A DNA stretch of 64,000 nt from NCBI GenBank assembly GCA_965202585.1, contig OZ241830.1, positions 67,084,001-67,148,000 of the forward strand, written 5' to 3'. How positions within the stretch are numbered: position 1 is the first letter of the stretch; every line of letters starts with the position of its first letter. The stretch is from Thalia democratica. Its lineage: Eukaryota. The notes beneath the pieces are model-generated. The model was not told the origin of the DNA. It ran no database searches and saw only the letters and a program-made list of their open reading frames with translations. The position numbers and the translations under genes were made by a program. Of this stretch, positions 61,611-64,000 are shown in pieces.

Positions 61611-62697
61611 CTAACTAGTAGTTTTCTCATCCTTGATAGCTTATACTAATTGTTAGCTAACTCTTACTTGGTAGCTAACTAAAACATGGTAGTTAAACAT
61701 TTATGATGGATGACATGTTTTAAACACCAATAGATGACGCCCCGCCCGCACAGTTAATGTGAAAATTTAGGGTTTTTTTAACGTGATCCAATAAATAGAG
61801 TTTAATTTGTTAAAATATTTTAAAAACTTAAGTTCAACTTTCTAGAAATACTTATAAAATATTTTTAAAAATATTTGTTTTCATTTTCATTTCAAATAAG
61901 TAAACTATTTAAAAGACATTATAATCATAAAATAGGAAAACAAATGATAAAGTTAAATTAACTTTTAATTCAGGGGTCAGCAGGCAGTTAGTGCTAGCGG
62001 GCCAAATTTCAAGTTTCCAAAATCTTCTCGGGCCCCAGTTTTAGTTTTAGTGACCTTTAGATAATCTTTCGGTTTTAGTTTTAGTCACACTAAAAAAAGT
62101 TTTAAACGCCTAAATAAATTATACATATTCATGGAAATAAAACTGACATTGACTATTATACATTAGTTTTAACAATTACGTACTGTCTTAAAGACTAAAA
62201 AAGTTTGCCTTAAAATTTTTATTATTTATTTACAATCTAGTTCTTTATGAAAACCGAGCTTGAAAAACATTTTTTGGGCGGCACTTTTATATATTTTTTA
62301 TATAATGAACCGCTTTATCATATTTTTGAAAATATTAACTTTTGAAAATATTTTTAGTGTTTTAAATAGCTTTCACTTTTTAAAAAATCAGTAGTTAGTT
62401 AACTAAATAAAATTTTTACCTGTTTGTAATGTAAAAATATCAACATAATTAATAGTCAAATACATTTAAAAATAAATATTCTAATTAATTAGTCTTTTAC
62501 ATGGTCACCACATAAAAAGCAAAAATGACTGAGTTATATCAATTCAGTTTGGGTTTATTAAAAATTTAAAAAGCTAAAAACTTGCTTTTAATCAAACTTA
62601 AATATCTTACTAAGATATTATCATTTAAAAATGTACATAATATGTAATTAGGCTAAAAAAATATACTTAATAGACTACACTACAGTCATAAAAACTA

Positions 62698-62766
62698 GTA
62701 TGAGAACTCGAAGATTTATTTAAATATGAAACTTTTATATTTGAATAAATCTTCGAGTTCTCATAC
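62698..62766 (+). other. Near-perfect 69-nt hairpin (30-bp stem, 9-nt loop)
   Basis: gtatgagaactcgaagatttatttaaatat-gaaactttt-atatttgaataaatcttcgagttctcatac; the single mismatch is a U:G pair on the + strand. Confidence 0.9.
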
Positions 62767-64000
62767 AATGATACATAAAAGTTTTACGCATACTTTATTT
62801 TTTCTTAAATAGTTTTAAAAATTTCTTAAACAGGCTAAACCTAGTCTGAATTTTTCAATCTATTAAAATAGCCTGGTTTTTAGGCGAGAATGTTAAAAAT
62901 AAAGTTCAAAAAACAAAGAGATATAAAAGTTTATCAACAATTAATAAAATATATTTAAAAACATTTATTTTGACAATTAAGTTTCTTAATCATTTTTAAA
63001 TATTTAATAACATTCATTAAGCCATTAATGAAATAGAAAACCTACTTTTTTATTGAGCATTATAGCAACTCTTTATTTGCAATAAGTTGTTGCGTTTAAA
63101 AAGAGTAAATATGAAATATAAAACGAGCAATAAGAATTAAAAAACGTTAGAAGTTATTGCAAGAAACGAATTAAAAAATTACAAGTTAACTAAGTCAGTT
63201 TCAACAAAGCACATGATTAAAACGGAGATACCGTTTAGAATTGAAAAATTTTATAAAGAAAGTGTTTTGGCGGTAGTAAAATTTTTTTGTTCAAAGCACA
63301 ACAATAGATAAAACCATTTTAAAAGCAAAAGTGCAATGAACCAGTATAATGGGTGTTGGTTTTAAATTTTTGTAAACAATGTTGCTACTGCAATTGTTGC
63401 TAATGGTAATATAATGGTAATATAAATTTGTTTAAAACCAGATCTTGGACTTATGTTGTTTATTAATTAACTTCATTTAAAAATAAACCAGGAAGCATTA
63501 TGATCGAAAACAACATGCTTAAAAAAGTACAAAATTAATAATTTAAGTAGTGAACACAATTTTGTCAAAAAAACTTTACCACCGACAGTTTCAAAAAGTA
63601 GTTGAAAAACGAAAAGTCAATACGTTGACCTAGTTCAATTTTGGCTTGTTCTTTGTTAAGTTTTTGTTTGATATTATAACGAGTCTATGAGTAAAGAAAT
63701 GAAATATTATCTTTTCTTAAAAGTAAAAATATAAATAATACTGCTTATAAAATCTTGATACTGTTTTTAGCATTTCTGGTATTTCTTCCATCGCAACTTA
63801 AAGACCTAACTTGGTATTACAAGAAAAAAAGTTATTTTAGGAGATCTAGTGCAATATTATAACTTTTGAAACAGACTTAAGACTATGGGGTTTCAGATAT
63901 TAAAAACTATACGAAATTCCACAACCTTTAAAAACATCAAAGTAAAAACGGATTTCGACATTTTAAATGCAATTAAAAACTTATCAGACAAGTTTTCGAC

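Noticed and set aside
1-64000. rRNA, tRNA or telomeric repeats
   Set aside because: None recognised; TTAGGG occurs only sporadically.

Overview
Very AT-rich eukaryotic DNA (GT-AG introns, no operon structure). The repeat complement resembles a hydrozoan such as Hydra; this is an inference, not a database result. The window has five parts. (1) A ~9.4-kb near-identical direct duplication (1-9433 vs 22632-31478). It carries an 18-bp satellite, a decayed Gypsy-like gag followed by a Y-box cold-shock domain, a 42-bp GC-rich VNTR and a foldback. (2) An AT-rich higher-order repeat (10.3-15.7 kb). (3) One apparently intact 3-exon host gene for a Dcp2-like Nudix hydrolase (17547-19576). (4) A ~22-kb mosaic (28.6-50.5 kb) of short, shuffled, recurring Penelope, hAT and CR1 fragments. 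It contains endogenous elements of three unrelated RNA viruses: an intact rhabdovirus nucleoprotein ORF with its gene-end/poly(A) signal, two overlapping pieces of a phenuivirus-like (bunyaviral) nucleocapsid, and a decayed toti-like dsRNA-virus RdRp. Every TE and viral fragment I could identify there lies on the + strand. (5) Alternating-orientation 18-bp satellite arrays (56.4-61.7 kb), part of which forms a ~1.8-kb inverted repeat with 21.9-23.6 kb and so brackets the mosaic. Best hypothesis: a uni-strand piRNA-cluster-like locus that has repeatedly archived RNA-virus sequences, i.e. a candidate cnidarian antiviral memory locus.
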